A DNA stretch of 34,472 bases from Fimbriimonadales bacterium (lineage in GTDB: Bacteria > Armatimonadota > Fimbriimonadia > Fimbriimonadales > ATM1). The notes under the pieces are model-generated. The model had not been told where the DNA came from, ran no database searches, and saw only the letters and a list, made by a program, of their open reading frames with translations. Positions 24,055-33,605 of the stretch are shown here, piece after piece (positions within the stretch are counted from its first letter, which is position 1; the number at the start of each line of letters is the position of its first letter). Position numbers and translations under genes: made by a program. Location: NCBI GenBank assembly GCA_035698285.1, contig DASSBY010000018.1:1-34472 (forward strand), read 5' to 3'.

Positions 24055-26730
24055 TTATGCCCGCTTTAGCGCCTTGTCGATGCGAAGCTTCAAATCCTTT
24101 CCATGCAAGACCGTCATCGAGTCCTTCGAGCGATTCGCAGCCAACCGCTTCGAGAGGTCTCTCAGCTGCTTCGCGGCGAGCATGCGCGCATCCTCTTCGA
24201 TCATGCCGGGACGCGCCGTGGCCTGCTCGATCAGGCCATCGACCAGGAACCGCTGCAGGTCTCGCCGAAGCGGGCCGATCGCGCGCATGGTCCCGATTTC
24301 CGAAAACACTGCACCATCCACTTCGTCGTACAGCTCTTGCAGCGTGAAGGGTTTGGCCTGGCTCCTTGTCTTATAGGCATTGTTCGCGACGCGGTCGATG
24401 GTGTCGCCCGACAAAACCGTCGCCAAAACCATTGCCTGCGCCGAAGTAAGCAGCGTTTTTATCGGAAAGTCGGAATATTCGCCGTTCGGGTCGGAGGATA
24501 AATTGAGCAGAATCCGCGGGCTCAGCTTGAACGCGTCTTCGGACAGCAGCTGCCGCGCGATAAGCTGGATTGCCTGCCGCTGAAGCGCCGGATCTACGGG
24601 AGCAAGCGTTGGCTTCTCCCCCGCATCTCCAGCGAAATTTCGCCGCCCCGAAACGCCGCCGACGAACCTCGCGGCGTCGAGCGACTGCATCACGGTCTGA
24701 ACGATCGACGCATTAACAATCCTCGTCAGGTCGCTGTACGGCCGGCCGGGCTTCGGGAACATCTTGTCGGCCTCCCCGAGCAGCTTCTTCGCTATGCCAA
24801 TCGTTAGCGCCGCGTTCTCTATCGGATTTTTCGAATGGTCGAAGCGTACGACGTACGGATCGAAGCTGTCCGCGTTCTCGTCGGTCATGTAAAGATTTCC
24901 AGGAAGCGCGCCCTTCGCGGCAATTTTCAGCAAATAAGGATGCTGCCCCTCCGCGGTTTTTCCGGGTACATCTCGATATCCGTATTCGATGGCGAAAATA
25001 TCATAGGGCCCGATGGAGCGTGAGTAAAAGTCGCCCTTCCCTTTTGCCACCGCCGGCATGTTCACCGGCACGTAGTCCATAACGCTCGCGCTGTTGCCGA
25101 CTCGGTTCGTAACGGACTGGTCCGCAAGGTCCGCATCGGAAAGATACGTGGACGCGACGAAGTTATGCCGCAGACCGAAGCAGTGCCCGGCCTCGTGGCT
25201 GATGACATCGGAAACGAACTCGCAAATATATTCGTCGCGATTCCGAGACGTCCCGGGAATAGTGGAAAGAGCGGCCCACGCGAAAGCCGCCGATTGCAGT
25301 TTGCCTTCCGCCAACCGGCACTGCACCCCGGGGTTCAAAAAGGGCTGCTTCGCCTTGATGGGAGCCGCAGGCGGTTGTCGCGTAAACTTCTTCAAAGACG
25401 ACGCCAATGAGCCTTGCGCCGGCGCCGTCAGCCACTGATACTCAAGCCCCACGTCCGCGATCATGCTTGCGTCGAGCGAGATGCAGGCATTCCGAATTTC
25501 ACCGGTAAATGGGTCGGTCAACACCTGGGCGACCGCATAGGCGGCCTTTTCCGATTGAATAATTCGCACGACGTTATAGCGCATATCCGCGTGATCCCAA
25601 TCCGCGCCTTCGGGCTTCATCTTTACGACGACGGCATTCTTATATCCGATCGCCTCAAATGCCTTATTCCATCTCAAAATTCCGTCGGCGCACGCCTTGC
25701 GATATTTCGGCGGAACGCTGTCATCGATGTACCAAATGATCGGCTCGACCGGCTCGCTCAGCGCCGCGCTCGGATCTTTTTTCTTCAGATTCCAGCGATA
25801 AATAAGCCGCGTCGTCTTGTCGAGGTCCATGATCTTCGCATGGTCGAAATAATCCTGCGTAAAATAGCCGACTCGGTCGTCGGCCTCCCGCGAAATAAAA
25901 CCGTCCGCCCGCTGCGGATACATTAAATAGGTGACGGCGAGAGGAAGGCTGCGATCGTCCGCCAAATGGCTCTTTCCCCCGCCGCCTAAAATCGAAGCGA
26001 GGCCTGGCGGCATGTCGCCAGAACCACCCGCGCTCGGCGAATTGAAATACAGCTTCGTTCGGACAACCACGTTCTCGGGAAATGCCTTGACCTCGGAGAC
26101 CGACGACATGCCGCGGTCGAGCTGGTACGGCCGCGACATCGCGTCATTGACTTTCTCGTTCAGTCCGAAAACCGTTCCATAGAAAAGGTCCGTGAGCTTG
26201 ACGAGCATCTTCTTAGTCTTCGGATTTTCGAACTCGATTTTGTAATCGTCGATCACTCCTTCGGGAAACGACCGCGAGGCCGCGATAGCCCATGGGCTGT
26301 CTTTGGCCCACCGCCAATTGAGGTTCGGCACCATAAGCCACATATCGTCGCCATGTCGCTCGAACCGAAACGCATCCGCATTGGTGTTCGCGTTCAAAGG
26401 CTCGCCTGCTTGTAGTTCATAGGGATTGACGCCGGATTGCAGTGTCGCTTGGAGAAACCAATACTTGCCCAGTTGTTCCGGCGAAAGCTCGACATAAACG
26501 TCGGTCTTGCCGTCCTTTTCCTTTGCATAAAGCGTGAACGCGCCCTCGAACTTCTTCGCGTCCTTCAGGAAGTCGTCGTACTTCTTGACCTTCTCCTTGA
26601 TCTCTTTTTCGGGATCGTCTTTGGTTGGCTCCGCGGGAGTCTGGCCCTTATCCGGGACGAATTCATCCTGGCACATCGCGAAGCGCGCGAAAACAAGCAA
26701 AGTGGCTACTAAGTAAGCTCGAAACTTCAT
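24055..26730 (-). CDS. Secreted zinc metalloprotease (met-zincin, DUF4953/DUF5117-type)
   Basis: There is a signal peptide. The HEXXH motif occurs in VISHEAGHCFGLRHNF, followed by SVMDY. 891 aa. Confidence 0.8.
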   Translation of the reverse strand: MKFRAYLVATLLVFARFAMCQDEFVPDKGQTPAEPTKDDPEKEIKEKVKKYDDFLKDAKKFEGAFTLYAKEKDGKTDVYVELSPEQLGKYWFLQATLQSGVNPYELQAGEPLNANTNADAFRFERHGDDMWLMVPNLNWRWAKDSPWAIAASRSFPEGVIDDYKIEFENPKTKKMLVKLTDLFYGTVFGLNEKVNDAMSRPYQLDRGMSSVSEVKAFPENVVVRTKLYFNSPSAGGSGDMPPGLASILGGGGKSHLADDRSLPLAVTYLMYPQRADGFISREADDRVGYFTQDYFDHAKIMDLDKTTRLIYRWNLKKKDPSAALSEPVEPIIWYIDDSVPPKYRKACADGILRWNKAFEAIGYKNAVVVKMKPEGADWDHADMRYNVVRIIQSEKAAYAVAQVLTDPFTGEIRNACISLDASMIADVGLEYQWLTAPAQGSLASSLKKFTRQPPAAPIKAKQPFLNPGVQCRLAEGKLQSAAFAWAALSTIPGTSRNRDEYICEFVSDVISHEAGHCFGLRHNFVASTYLSDADLADQSVTNRVGNSASVMDYVPVNMPAVAKGKGDFYSRSIGPYDIFAIEYGYRDVPGKTAEGQHPYLLKIAAKGALPGNLYMTDENADSFDPYVVRFDHSKNPIENAALTIGIAKKLLGEADKMFPKPGRPYSDLTRIVNASIVQTVMQSLDAARFVGGVSGRRNFAGDAGEKPTLAPVDPALQRQAIQLIARQLLSEDAFKLSPRILLNLSSDPNGEYSDFPIKTLLTSAQAMVLATVLSGDTIDRVANNAYKTRSQAKPFTLQELYDEVDGAVFSEIGTMRAIGPLRRDLQRFLVDGLIEQATARPGMIEEDARMLAAKQLRDLSKRLAANRSKDSMTVLHGKDLKLRIDKALKRA

Positions 26731-26833
26731 GGCATTTTTCTAACGCTATGATACACCGGCGGGGCAGCGGCACGGGCTCGATGCGAACCGTTACGGTAAC
26801 GTTCTTGCCAGTAAGCAGTCGTGACCCAGGAGA

Positions 26834-27814
26834 TCACCTGCCCCCGCCAACGGGCACCCATGCTACGGGGAACACGTCGGGGCCGCTGTCGACGTAGCCG
26901 ACGATGACGCCATTCTCGTCGATTCCATAAGCGACCGACTGTTCGACATAGCCCAGCGGAACGAATTGTTGAAGGTCGAGCCGAGTGCCCGGGCGGCCGG
27001 ACCATCTTGTCGCCCGCCCGTTCCCGAACGGCCCGCTCGCAAGTGGGTAGATCCGGCTGATCCCAACCTGGTAAACGCCGTTCGTTGCAAGCGCGAAGCC
27101 AGAACCGAGAAACGTGGGTTTCAGGGTGTTGGCGTCCCAAACCATGGCACCAAAAATCGAACCTCCAGCTATCTGATTTCCATGAATTCCACGTGCGGCC
27201 CCTCCACTCCGGGGATCCGGCAATGTAAGTAATCGCATGCTTTCTGGCGTTCCTCGCCAAAGGCATGGGTAGGAGCCTTCCAGTTGGCCCACTTGAACGT
27301 TTCCCCAGACGCCGTAGGCGTGCGAGGATTCATACCCACTGGGGTTTAAATCCACCAAGGATTCGGCGCTGCCGTGCCAAAGAATCGCATGTCCGACGCT
27401 TCCGTTCGGATCGGTTCCAGCTGCCCCAACCTGAGATTTGCCATCGGTTGCGTAGGCGGCTGTTCCTGCATAGTTGGCTGAATCGAGGTCGACAAAACTG
27501 CTCGCCGTCCCGTTCCATATCAGCGCATGTTGCCTGCCGCCTTTGAACGCTTCGCCCACTTGAAAACCTCCGCCGACACCCCTCACAATTGCGCTATCAA
27601 ACCCCGGGGGCATGAGCCTCACATATTTGTCGTAGGGTGGCCCTTCCCACAAAAGCGGTCCGCCTCCCTGGAAGAACCCGGCGCCGACAATCTGCCCACC
27701 GCCAGCGCCAAGGGCCCATCCCTCGCCGCTCGCAGTCGGAAGAAAGACGACCCTATATTGCGCGAACGAACTGGCGGCGACGCCGAGGAACAATAGGACT
27801 GCTCTAATTTTCAT
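26834..27814 (-). CDS. Secreted HAF-like extracellular repeat protein (paralogue A)
   Basis: There is a signal peptide. Repeats of the form ...QVG....G..HA(L/I)(I/L)W.G....DL... occur (HALIWNG, HAILWHG). GGAG lies 7 nt upstream of the ATG at 27814. The protein is collinear with 28068-29048. Confidence 0.65.
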   Translation of the reverse strand: MKIRAVLLFLGVAASSFAQYRVVFLPTASGEGWALGAGGGQIVGAGFFQGGGPLLWEGPPYDKYVRLMPPGFDSAIVRGVGGGFQVGEAFKGGRQHALIWNGTASSFVDLDSANYAGTAAYATDGKSQVGAAGTDPNGSVGHAILWHGSAESLVDLNPSGYESSHAYGVWGNVQVGQLEGSYPCLWRGTPESMRLLTLPDPRSGGAARGIHGNQIAGGSIFGAMVWDANTLKPTFLGSGFALATNGVYQVGISRIYPLASGPFGNGRATRWSGRPGTRLDLQQFVPLGYVEQSVAYGIDENGVIVGYVDSGPDVFPVAWVPVGGGR

Positions 27815-27824
27815 CACTTGCTCC

Positions 27825-28045
27825 TTACGGCCCCACTTTCACATAGCGAGCAAGAAATAGTAAAGCTGTCTTTGCTTTCATAATGCTTCCTTACGCGCCT
27901 ACCTTGATATAGCGAGCATACGACGGGATGCCATCGTCGATGACGAACAACATATAGTAGCCCGGCGGCGCCACCCCTCCACTTGCCGGTCCTGCCACGG
28001 TAACGCTGCTGCGGTTTCCCCTGCAGTCGGGATCGAAAAAATTGG
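27825..28045 (-). pseudogene. Duplication scar: remnant of the copper-oxidase 3' end (about 27891-28045), the first 9 codons of HAF paralogue B (27855-27881), and a second micro-remnant ...ARYVKVGP-stop (27825-27851)
   Basis: Positions 27856-28020 align without gaps to 29023-29187, with about 8 mismatches in about 165 nt by hand alignment. The remnant translates to ...CRGNRSSVTVAGPASGGVAPPGYYMLFVIDDGIPSYARYIKVGA-stop but has no start codon. Confidence 0.75.
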
Positions 28046-28067
28046 CTGCTCTCGGCCGAAGCGGCGC

Positions 28068-29048
28068 TTATTTACGAATGCCCGTTGGGACCCAAGCTAC
28101 GGGCAAAATATCCGGCCCTCTTTGGGCCCAGCCGACGATTACTCCGCTTTCGTCGATGCCCAGGGCGCGCGATTCACGGCAATATCCCGGCAAGAAATGA
28201 TGCAGGTCGAATGCCGTTCCCGCTCGTCCAGACCAGCGCACTGCGCGCAGGTCGGTGAAAGGACCGCCCGCCCCGAACGCATACGCCGTTACGCCGACTT
28301 GGTAGGTCCCGTTTGTCGCATAAGCGGCGCCTGGCGAGCCCAAAGACGTACGTCTTAGCGTTCCCGCGTCCCAGATCGTCGCAACCCCGGATGATTCGCC
28401 AACGATCTGATCGCCACGGATTCCCAATGCGGCGCTGCCGAATTGGGGTTCGAAACTGGGCAGGCGTTTCATGCTTTCTGGCGTTCCTCGCCAAAGGCAA
28501 GCGTAATAGCCCTCCAGCTGGCCCACCTGAACGTCGCCCCAAACGCCGTAGGCGTGCGAACTTTCATATCCCACTGGGTTGAGGTCCACCAAGGAGTCGG
28601 CGCTCCCGCGCCAAAGAATTGCGTGTCCCACGCTTCCGTTAGGGTCCGTACCGCCCGCACCAACCTGAGATTTGCCATCCGTTGCCCACGCCCCCGTTCC
28701 GACGTAGGACGGTGAGTCGAGATCGACAAAGCTCTGAGCAGAGCCGTTCCACATCAAAGCGTGGTGGCGGCTATTCTTGGTACCGCGCCCTACCTGAAAG
28801 CCTCCGCTTACGCCAAAAACCTCTGCCCCATCGAAGCTAGGCGGGGTGAGGCGGACATAGCTGTCATAATTCGGTCCCTCCCAAAGAAGCGGCCCGCCGC
28901 CTTGGAAGAATCCGGTGCCGACGATCTGCCCGCCACCTGCCCCAAGAGCCCATCCCTCTCCGCTTGCAGTGGGCAAAAATATGACCTTGTACTGGGCGGT
29001 TGCGCACGAACAAACTGCAGCGAATAGTAAAGCTGTCTTTGCTTTCAT
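28068..29048 (-). CDS. Secreted HAF-like extracellular repeat protein (paralogue B)
   Basis: 326 aa and collinear with paralogue A. After the signal peptides both read AQY(K/R)V(I/V)FLPTASGEGWALGAGGGQIVG(T/A)GFFQGGGPLLWEGP. Confidence 0.65.
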   Translation of the reverse strand: MKAKTALLFAAVCSCATAQYKVIFLPTASGEGWALGAGGGQIVGTGFFQGGGPLLWEGPNYDSYVRLTPPSFDGAEVFGVSGGFQVGRGTKNSRHHALMWNGSAQSFVDLDSPSYVGTGAWATDGKSQVGAGGTDPNGSVGHAILWRGSADSLVDLNPVGYESSHAYGVWGDVQVGQLEGYYACLWRGTPESMKRLPSFEPQFGSAALGIRGDQIVGESSGVATIWDAGTLRRTSLGSPGAAYATNGTYQVGVTAYAFGAGGPFTDLRAVRWSGRAGTAFDLHHFLPGYCRESRALGIDESGVIVGWAQRGPDILPVAWVPTGIRK

Positions 29049-29187
29049 AATGCTTCCTTACGCGCCTACCTTGATGTAGCGAGCATACGACGGGATGCCA
29101 TCGTCGATGACGAACATCATGTAGTAGCCAGGCGGCGCCACCCCTCCACTTGGCGGTCCTGTCACGGTAACGCTGCTGCCGTTTCTC
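29023..29187 (-). repeat. Parent copy of the duplicated junction (copper-oxidase 3' end / HAF-B 5' start)
   Basis: See 27856-28020. The offset is exactly 1167 nt. Confidence 0.8.
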
Positions 29188-30692
29188 GTGAAATCGCAAT
29201 TGATAAACCGCTGCCCTTGATCGAAGCCATGCGTCGTAGCATTCAGACGGATAAGGGTAACTTTCTCGATACTAGGCGTACCGCTCAAGGTAACCGAAAA
29301 GGTCTGGCCGTAATGCGCAACGGAATCCACGGATTGGACGACCGGCCGGGTCGAAGGATAATACGATGGGTAATAGATCCTTCCATTAAACTCCGTGTTG
29401 CTTCCCGCGCTCAGAACGCTCCCGTCCGGCAAGAGGCACGCCGTCGAATGGTACCAGCGGCGATCAGGCGACGGCATGTCGGCCGCGGTCGACCAAGTGC
29501 CGCTAATAGGATCGTAGATTTGGGTTGTCCGAACTGCATTTGCATCGATGGAGTGGTCTTCGGTGTAGGAGTGGTCGTATTTTGAACCGCCGACTACAAG
29601 GACCTTTCCGTCGGGAAGAAATACCAAATTGCAGTCCGAGGCGGCCTCGCTCATATCTTGCTTCTGCAGCCAATCTGGTGTCGTCGCGTCTTGGTCGTAT
29701 TCCCATGTCTTTGGACTGGCGGGATATCGGTAAGTATTGAGAGTGCCCGGCACGAGCTCCTTCGTACCGTTCCCCCCGCATTTGATGATCTTTCCTTTCT
29801 TGATGGGCGAGCCCGCAGTCGCAGGAATCCAAAGAACCGCACCGCTGCCCTCGGATGGTATTTGGTTCCCCTTGGGGGAGTAAAGAAGAGTTGCGAAATC
29901 TAAAATGTGGGATCTCAAGCCCTGATTCGTTTCTTCATTTCGTCTGCGCTTACCAGCCCAAAAAACGTGCATCGACGAAGGGTCATGAATGGCAAACATG
30001 AAAGGATAATTGTCGCTGTCGAAATCCACGGGCTGACCGAAGTCGTCGAGACGCTTGGCGGCAATGTCGGTCCAAACCGGGTTGATTAGGCTCAGCCTTT
30101 CGGGAACATCCGCATAGCTTAGATTCTTGTCGACTCCTGCAACGGCGAAAAACGAGCCGTCAGAGAGCGGCACGACCGTAGCGTACCACCGGCCGTGGTT
30201 CATATCGTCGACCGACTGCCAACTCAGGGTGTCGTGCTTGAACAGACTCGTATCCTTGATGCCTGGAGGCGCGTCATCAACTTTGCTTCCACCGACAAAG
30301 ATGACGTCTCCATCGCCTGTCCCGGTTTGCCCACAACAGAAATGCTCGACATCCACAAGCCGCATATCCACGTCGGGCAAAATCGTTTCTTGACCCGCCT
30401 CATCGATAAAATGAACCGTATGGCTCGGATTGGTATCCCATACGTAGGCTTGGGTGCACCGATGTCCCACCTCGTCCACGAAGGTATGACCGATCATGAC
30501 TATCCGCCCCCATTGGTTTCCCGTCGCGGGCGGCATCATCGCCATGTGGATGGCTTCAAGCGCCGAGGGCCATTTGAGCGACGCGGCGCTGAGCGACGGC
30601 CCCCAAGTGTTGCCGGCTTGCGGCGTGGCAGTTGCGCACAGGGCCAGGATTGCAAAAACCGATACCGCCCCGATCACATATTTAGCTTTCAT
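29058..30692 (-). CDS. Secreted radical copper oxidase (galactose/glyoxal oxidase-like: kelch propeller + DUF1929 E-set domain)
   Basis: There is a signal peptide. HFCCGQTG is the Cys of the Tyr-Cys cofactor region, GRWYATVVPLSDG holds the Tyr, RRWYHSTACLLPDGSVL holds the Tyr-His ligands, and LIRLNATTHGFDQGQRF holds the His ligand in the C-terminal domain. GAGGAG lies upstream. Confidence 0.75.
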   Translation of the reverse strand: MKAKYVIGAVSVFAILALCATATPQAGNTWGPSLSAASLKWPSALEAIHMAMMPPATGNQWGRIVMIGHTFVDEVGHRCTQAYVWDTNPSHTVHFIDEAGQETILPDVDMRLVDVEHFCCGQTGTGDGDVIFVGGSKVDDAPPGIKDTSLFKHDTLSWQSVDDMNHGRWYATVVPLSDGSFFAVAGVDKNLSYADVPERLSLINPVWTDIAAKRLDDFGQPVDFDSDNYPFMFAIHDPSSMHVFWAGKRRRNEETNQGLRSHILDFATLLYSPKGNQIPSEGSGAVLWIPATAGSPIKKGKIIKCGGNGTKELVPGTLNTYRYPASPKTWEYDQDATTPDWLQKQDMSEAASDCNLVFLPDGKVLVVGGSKYDHSYTEDHSIDANAVRTTQIYDPISGTWSTAADMPSPDRRWYHSTACLLPDGSVLSAGSNTEFNGRIYYPSYYPSTRPVVQSVDSVAHYGQTFSVTLSGTPSIEKVTLIRLNATTHGFDQGQRFINCDFTRNGSSVTVTGPPSGGVAPPGYYMMFVIDDGIPSYARYIKVGA

Positions 30693-30812
30693 TTGAAACT
30701 CCTCGGGAAGCCCCTAAAGAACTCTTCCCATGAGCATGGTACATCATTTTCGCCAGAAGCGCGCAAAGAGTCTTCTGCATGGCCTGACCCCCAGGTCGAA
30801 CTGGGCCACGAA

Positions 30813-30840
30813 GGTAACCTCATACCCGGCTTGAGACGTC
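30813..30840 (+). promoter_or_regulatory. Possible ECF-type autoregulated promoter (GGTAAC - 18 nt - CGTC)
   Basis: An AAC-containing -35-like box and a CGT-containing -10-like box lie just upstream of the sigma factor ATG (30852). The spacing is 1-2 nt longer than the usual ECF spacing, and the implied leader would be very short. Confidence 0.25.
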
Positions 30841-30851
30841 AAAACGAACGT

Positions 30852-31424
30852 ATGACGGTGGATACGGCGGCTGCTCCGCCGCGGCAATTCGACGAAGACC
30901 TCATCCTCATCGATCGATTTCTCGAAGGGGAGCGGGGCGCCTTCGATGCCATCTACGGAAAGTATTACGACCGGGTCTACGCCATCGCCAAAGGAATCCT
31001 CCTCGACAGCGAAGACGCCGCAGACGCCACCCAAGAGGCCTTTACGCTCATGCACCGGAACCTCCGCCGATTCCACCGGCGCAGCCGCCTCAGTACCTGG
31101 ATCTTTCGCATCGCCGTCAATACGGCCATCCAGGAGACGCGCCGCCACAAGAACCGAAAGAAGACCGAAGCCATCGACCAGGCAGCCGAAGTCCCAGCGC
31201 CCACGATCGACGTCCCCGCGCCGGACCCCCGCGTCGAAGCCGCCATGCGAAATCTCAAGCCCGCCGACCGCGCCATCCTCACGCTCTTTTATTGGGACGA
31301 TGCCACCGTCGCCGAGATCTCCGAAACGCTCGGATGCAGCTTGAACGCTACCAAAACGCGGCTTTTTAGGGCTAGGGAGCACTTCAAGGCGGCATATTCG
31401 CTAGGAGAGACCGGCGATGAATAA
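30852..31424 (+). CDS. ECF-type RNA polymerase sigma factor (sigma-70 regions 2 and 4)
   Basis: DLILIDRFLEGERGAFDAIYGKYYDRVYAIAKGILLDSEDAADATQEAF and STWIFRIAVNTAI form region 2. LFYWDDATVAEISETLGCSLNATKTRLFRAREHF is the region 4 HTH. The 5' two-thirds of the 409-aa ORF is antisense to the oxidase gene and was discarded. Confidence 0.9.
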   Translation: MTVDTAAAPPRQFDEDLILIDRFLEGERGAFDAIYGKYYDRVYAIAKGILLDSEDAADATQEAFTLMHRNLRRFHRRSRLSTWIFRIAVNTAIQETRRHKNRKKTEAIDQAAEVPAPTIDVPAPDPRVEAAMRNLKPADRAILTLFYWDDATVAEISETLGCSLNATKTRLFRAREHFKAAYSLGETGDE

Positions 31425-32223
31425 AGCTATCGAAGAATTGATGTGGGCCGTCGCCGAATCAGACGATCCAAGGGCAGAAGCCGATTTCATAGCGCGATAC
31501 CCTCAAATGCGCGCCCAGCTCGCCACGCGCAAGGCCATGCACGAAGTCTTGCGAAACGCCAAGCCCGATCCCAGCGTACCTCCGCCATTTCGCGAATCCC
31601 GGCCCGTCGTCTCCCGAACGCGATGGCTCGTCCCCGCCGCGGCGGTTCTGCTCTTCGGCGTCGCCTTCGGAGCGTATTCGGTTACTCGAATGCTGACCGC
31701 CAAGCCGCCGCAGCCGGTCGTGCGCCGGCCCGTCCTCGCGCCCCAGCAGCGCCCCACCCAGCCTCAGGCCATCCCGCTGAACATCCCGCCGCAAAATGAC
31801 GATCTTGGCGTCGCCCCACGCCCGGCACCGCCGTCCGAAACCGGAAACGTCGTCGTCGAAGCGGACAAGCTAACCCTCTTCTCCGCTATCGACGCCGTCC
31901 GCAAGCAGGCGCACATCCAGATCGAAGTGATGCCCGGCGTCGACGATTCGAAGCTCATCGCAGCCGCCAACCGACCCGACGGGACGCTCTCCTTGGCGCC
32001 CAAAGACCTTCTCGACTTGGCCGAAGCCGGCGCGCCGATAAGGGTTTTCGATGCGGGACCCGACGGCTACTTGATTCTCCCCATGGATAAAGTCGAAAAC
32101 GCCGACACCAGGCGCTCCGGCCAGCCCGAAGTGGCGCCCATGGATTCCGGCGAGGATGCGCCAAAAAGGCAGTCCGAAGCCAAGCCCAAAACGCAAATCA
32201 AGGACATGCGCCCCAACGATTAG
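31417..32223 (+). CDS. Putative anti-sigma factor (single TM helix, extracytoplasmic STN-like domain)
   Basis: It overlaps the sigma gene by 8 nt. It has a short cytoplasmic N-domain, a TM helix (WLVPAAAVLLFGVAFGAY) and a Pro-rich linker. The C-terminal LTLFSAIDAVRKQAHIQIEV resembles a secretin/TonB short N-terminal (STN) domain. Confidence 0.6.
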   Translation: MNKAIEELMWAVAESDDPRAEADFIARYPQMRAQLATRKAMHEVLRNAKPDPSVPPPFRESRPVVSRTRWLVPAAAVLLFGVAFGAYSVTRMLTAKPPQPVVRRPVLAPQQRPTQPQAIPLNIPPQNDDLGVAPRPAPPSETGNVVVEADKLTLFSAIDAVRKQAHIQIEVMPGVDDSKLIAAANRPDGTLSLAPKDLLDLAEAGAPIRVFDAGPDGYLILPMDKVENADTRRSGQPEVAPMDSGEDAPKRQSEAKPKTQIKDMRPND

Positions 32224-32265
32224 CCCACCGGGAATCCGCCGCAGCGAACCGCTCGTATTAGTTCA

Positions 32266-33057
32266 ATGCTTAAGACCAACCGTGCCGCCTTTACTCTTAT
32301 CGAGTTACTGGTCGTAGTAGCGATCATCGCCATCCTCGCAGCTATCCTATTTCCCGTTTTCAACTCCGCCAAGGAAGCGGCCAAGCGAACCACCTGCTCG
32401 ACCCATATGCGCCAGCTCGCCACGGGCGTCACGCTCTACACAGACGACGCGGACGGCTGCCTCCCGATGGGGACCAATTACGGCGTCCCGAGCGGCGACA
32501 TCTATCGAATTTGGACGGCCCAAGTGTTTCCCTATGTGAAGGGCAAGCAGGTTTTCGTCTGCCCTGGAAGCGAGGGCAAATTCGGCGATACGTGGGCGAC
32601 GCGCGGCGAGATGAACATCGGCTACACGGGCGTGACGGCCTATGATCCGGAAGGCTGCATCGAGGGCGAAGGCGACAGCGCCGGCTGCGAGGGCTTCACG
32701 ACCATCGCAAACGCGAACAAGATGGAGGAGCCTTCGCGCACCGCCCTCTTCGCCGAAACGCCAGGCGGCGATTTGGCCCTGAAGTACCGCGGCTATACCT
32801 TCAGCCCTTACAACGGAATCGTGCATCCGTCAGAGTCTCGGCTAAGCCCGCCCATCACCTCCGACCGCGACGTCATCCCCGAGATGCAGTACCTCGAGCC
32901 CTCCCAGCTAAAACCCATCTGGTGCCGTCACAACCGAACCGGTAGAAACACTGGCACGTCGAGCATCATTTTCGCCGACCTCCACGCGAAACCACACTCC
33001 GCGAACTCCATCCTCGCGATGGACCGAGGCGCCAACATCATCTGGCGCTTTCGGTAA
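32266..33057 (+). CDS. Prepilin-type N-terminal cleavage/methylation domain protein (DUF1559-like, degenerate H-X9-DG)
   Basis: The N-terminus is MLKTNRAAFTLIELLVVVAIIAILAAILFPVF. The C-terminal part IIFADLHAKPHS has DL where the family has DG. Confidence 0.85.
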   Translation: MLKTNRAAFTLIELLVVVAIIAILAAILFPVFNSAKEAAKRTTCSTHMRQLATGVTLYTDDADGCLPMGTNYGVPSGDIYRIWTAQVFPYVKGKQVFVCPGSEGKFGDTWATRGEMNIGYTGVTAYDPEGCIEGEGDSAGCEGFTTIANANKMEEPSRTALFAETPGGDLALKYRGYTFSPYNGIVHPSESRLSPPITSDRDVIPEMQYLEPSQLKPIWCRHNRTGRNTGTSSIIFADLHAKPHSANSILAMDRGANIIWRFR

Positions 33058-33086
33058 GCGGACGGCTTGGTATAATCCCAAAGCGT

Positions 33087-33164
33087 CGGGGCGTGGCGCA
33101 GCTTGGATAGCGCGCTTGCATGGGGTGCAAGAGGTCGCTGGTTCGAATCCAGTCGCCCCGACCA
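33087..33164 (+). tRNA. tRNA-Pro (anticodon GGG), CCA encoded
   Basis: I folded the cloverleaf by hand. The acceptor stem is CGGGGCG/CGCCCCG and the D stem is GCGC/GCGC. The anticodon stem is CUUGC/GCAAG with loop AUGGGGU (GGG at positions 34-36, G37). The T arm is GCUGG-UUCGAAU-CCAGU, followed by discriminator A + CCA and then a T-run. Confidence 0.9.
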
Positions 33165-33301
33165 CTTTTTTGCCTCCTGGGCAACTTTTTTTGCAGACTT
33201 TAGTCCTGAAATCGGTCCCCAACTCGTCATAATATACAAGTTGTTGCGAACGGAGCCACGGTTATCGGTTCCGACGAGACTTCGCGGCGACGGGGACAAT
33301 T

Positions 33302-33469
33302 ATGAAAAAACTAATAATGGGGGCAACCCTCTTTGCCATCGGGCTCGCGCTTGCGTGGGTCTTCGTAGGTCGCGCGGTCGATGAGCTGCGCAACAAGGAC
33401 GGAGGATTCGGAGACGTCGACGGCGCCTCCCGCAGCCTGGATCTCTACAATCAACTCAAGCACGAATAA
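33302..33469 (+). CDS. Possible small membrane protein (55 aa)
   Basis: MKKLIMGATLFAIGLALAWVFVGRAVDELRNKDGGFGDVDGASRSLDLYNQLKHE has one TM helix. The SD is weak and the ORF is below the track length cutoff. Confidence 0.3.
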   Translation: MKKLIMGATLFAIGLALAWVFVGRAVDELRNKDGGFGDVDGASRSLDLYNQLKHE

Positions 33470-33605
33470 GCGCGTCTGAACGACGATTCTCGGCTGGCAT
33501 ATCCTCCGCTCCGTAAGGCGGGCACTCGAATCGGCTTGGCCCTCTGGCGCTGATTGCCGCCACCGACTGCCGCGCCGGCAATTAGCTAGGTATGGTGATG
33601 AAGTT

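Noticed and set aside
30195-30851. The N-terminal 219 codons of the 409-aa plus-strand ORF that contains the ECF sigma factor
   Set aside because: This part is antisense to the well-supported copper oxidase gene and the divergent intergenic region. The sigma-70 region 2 begins shortly after the ATG at 30852.
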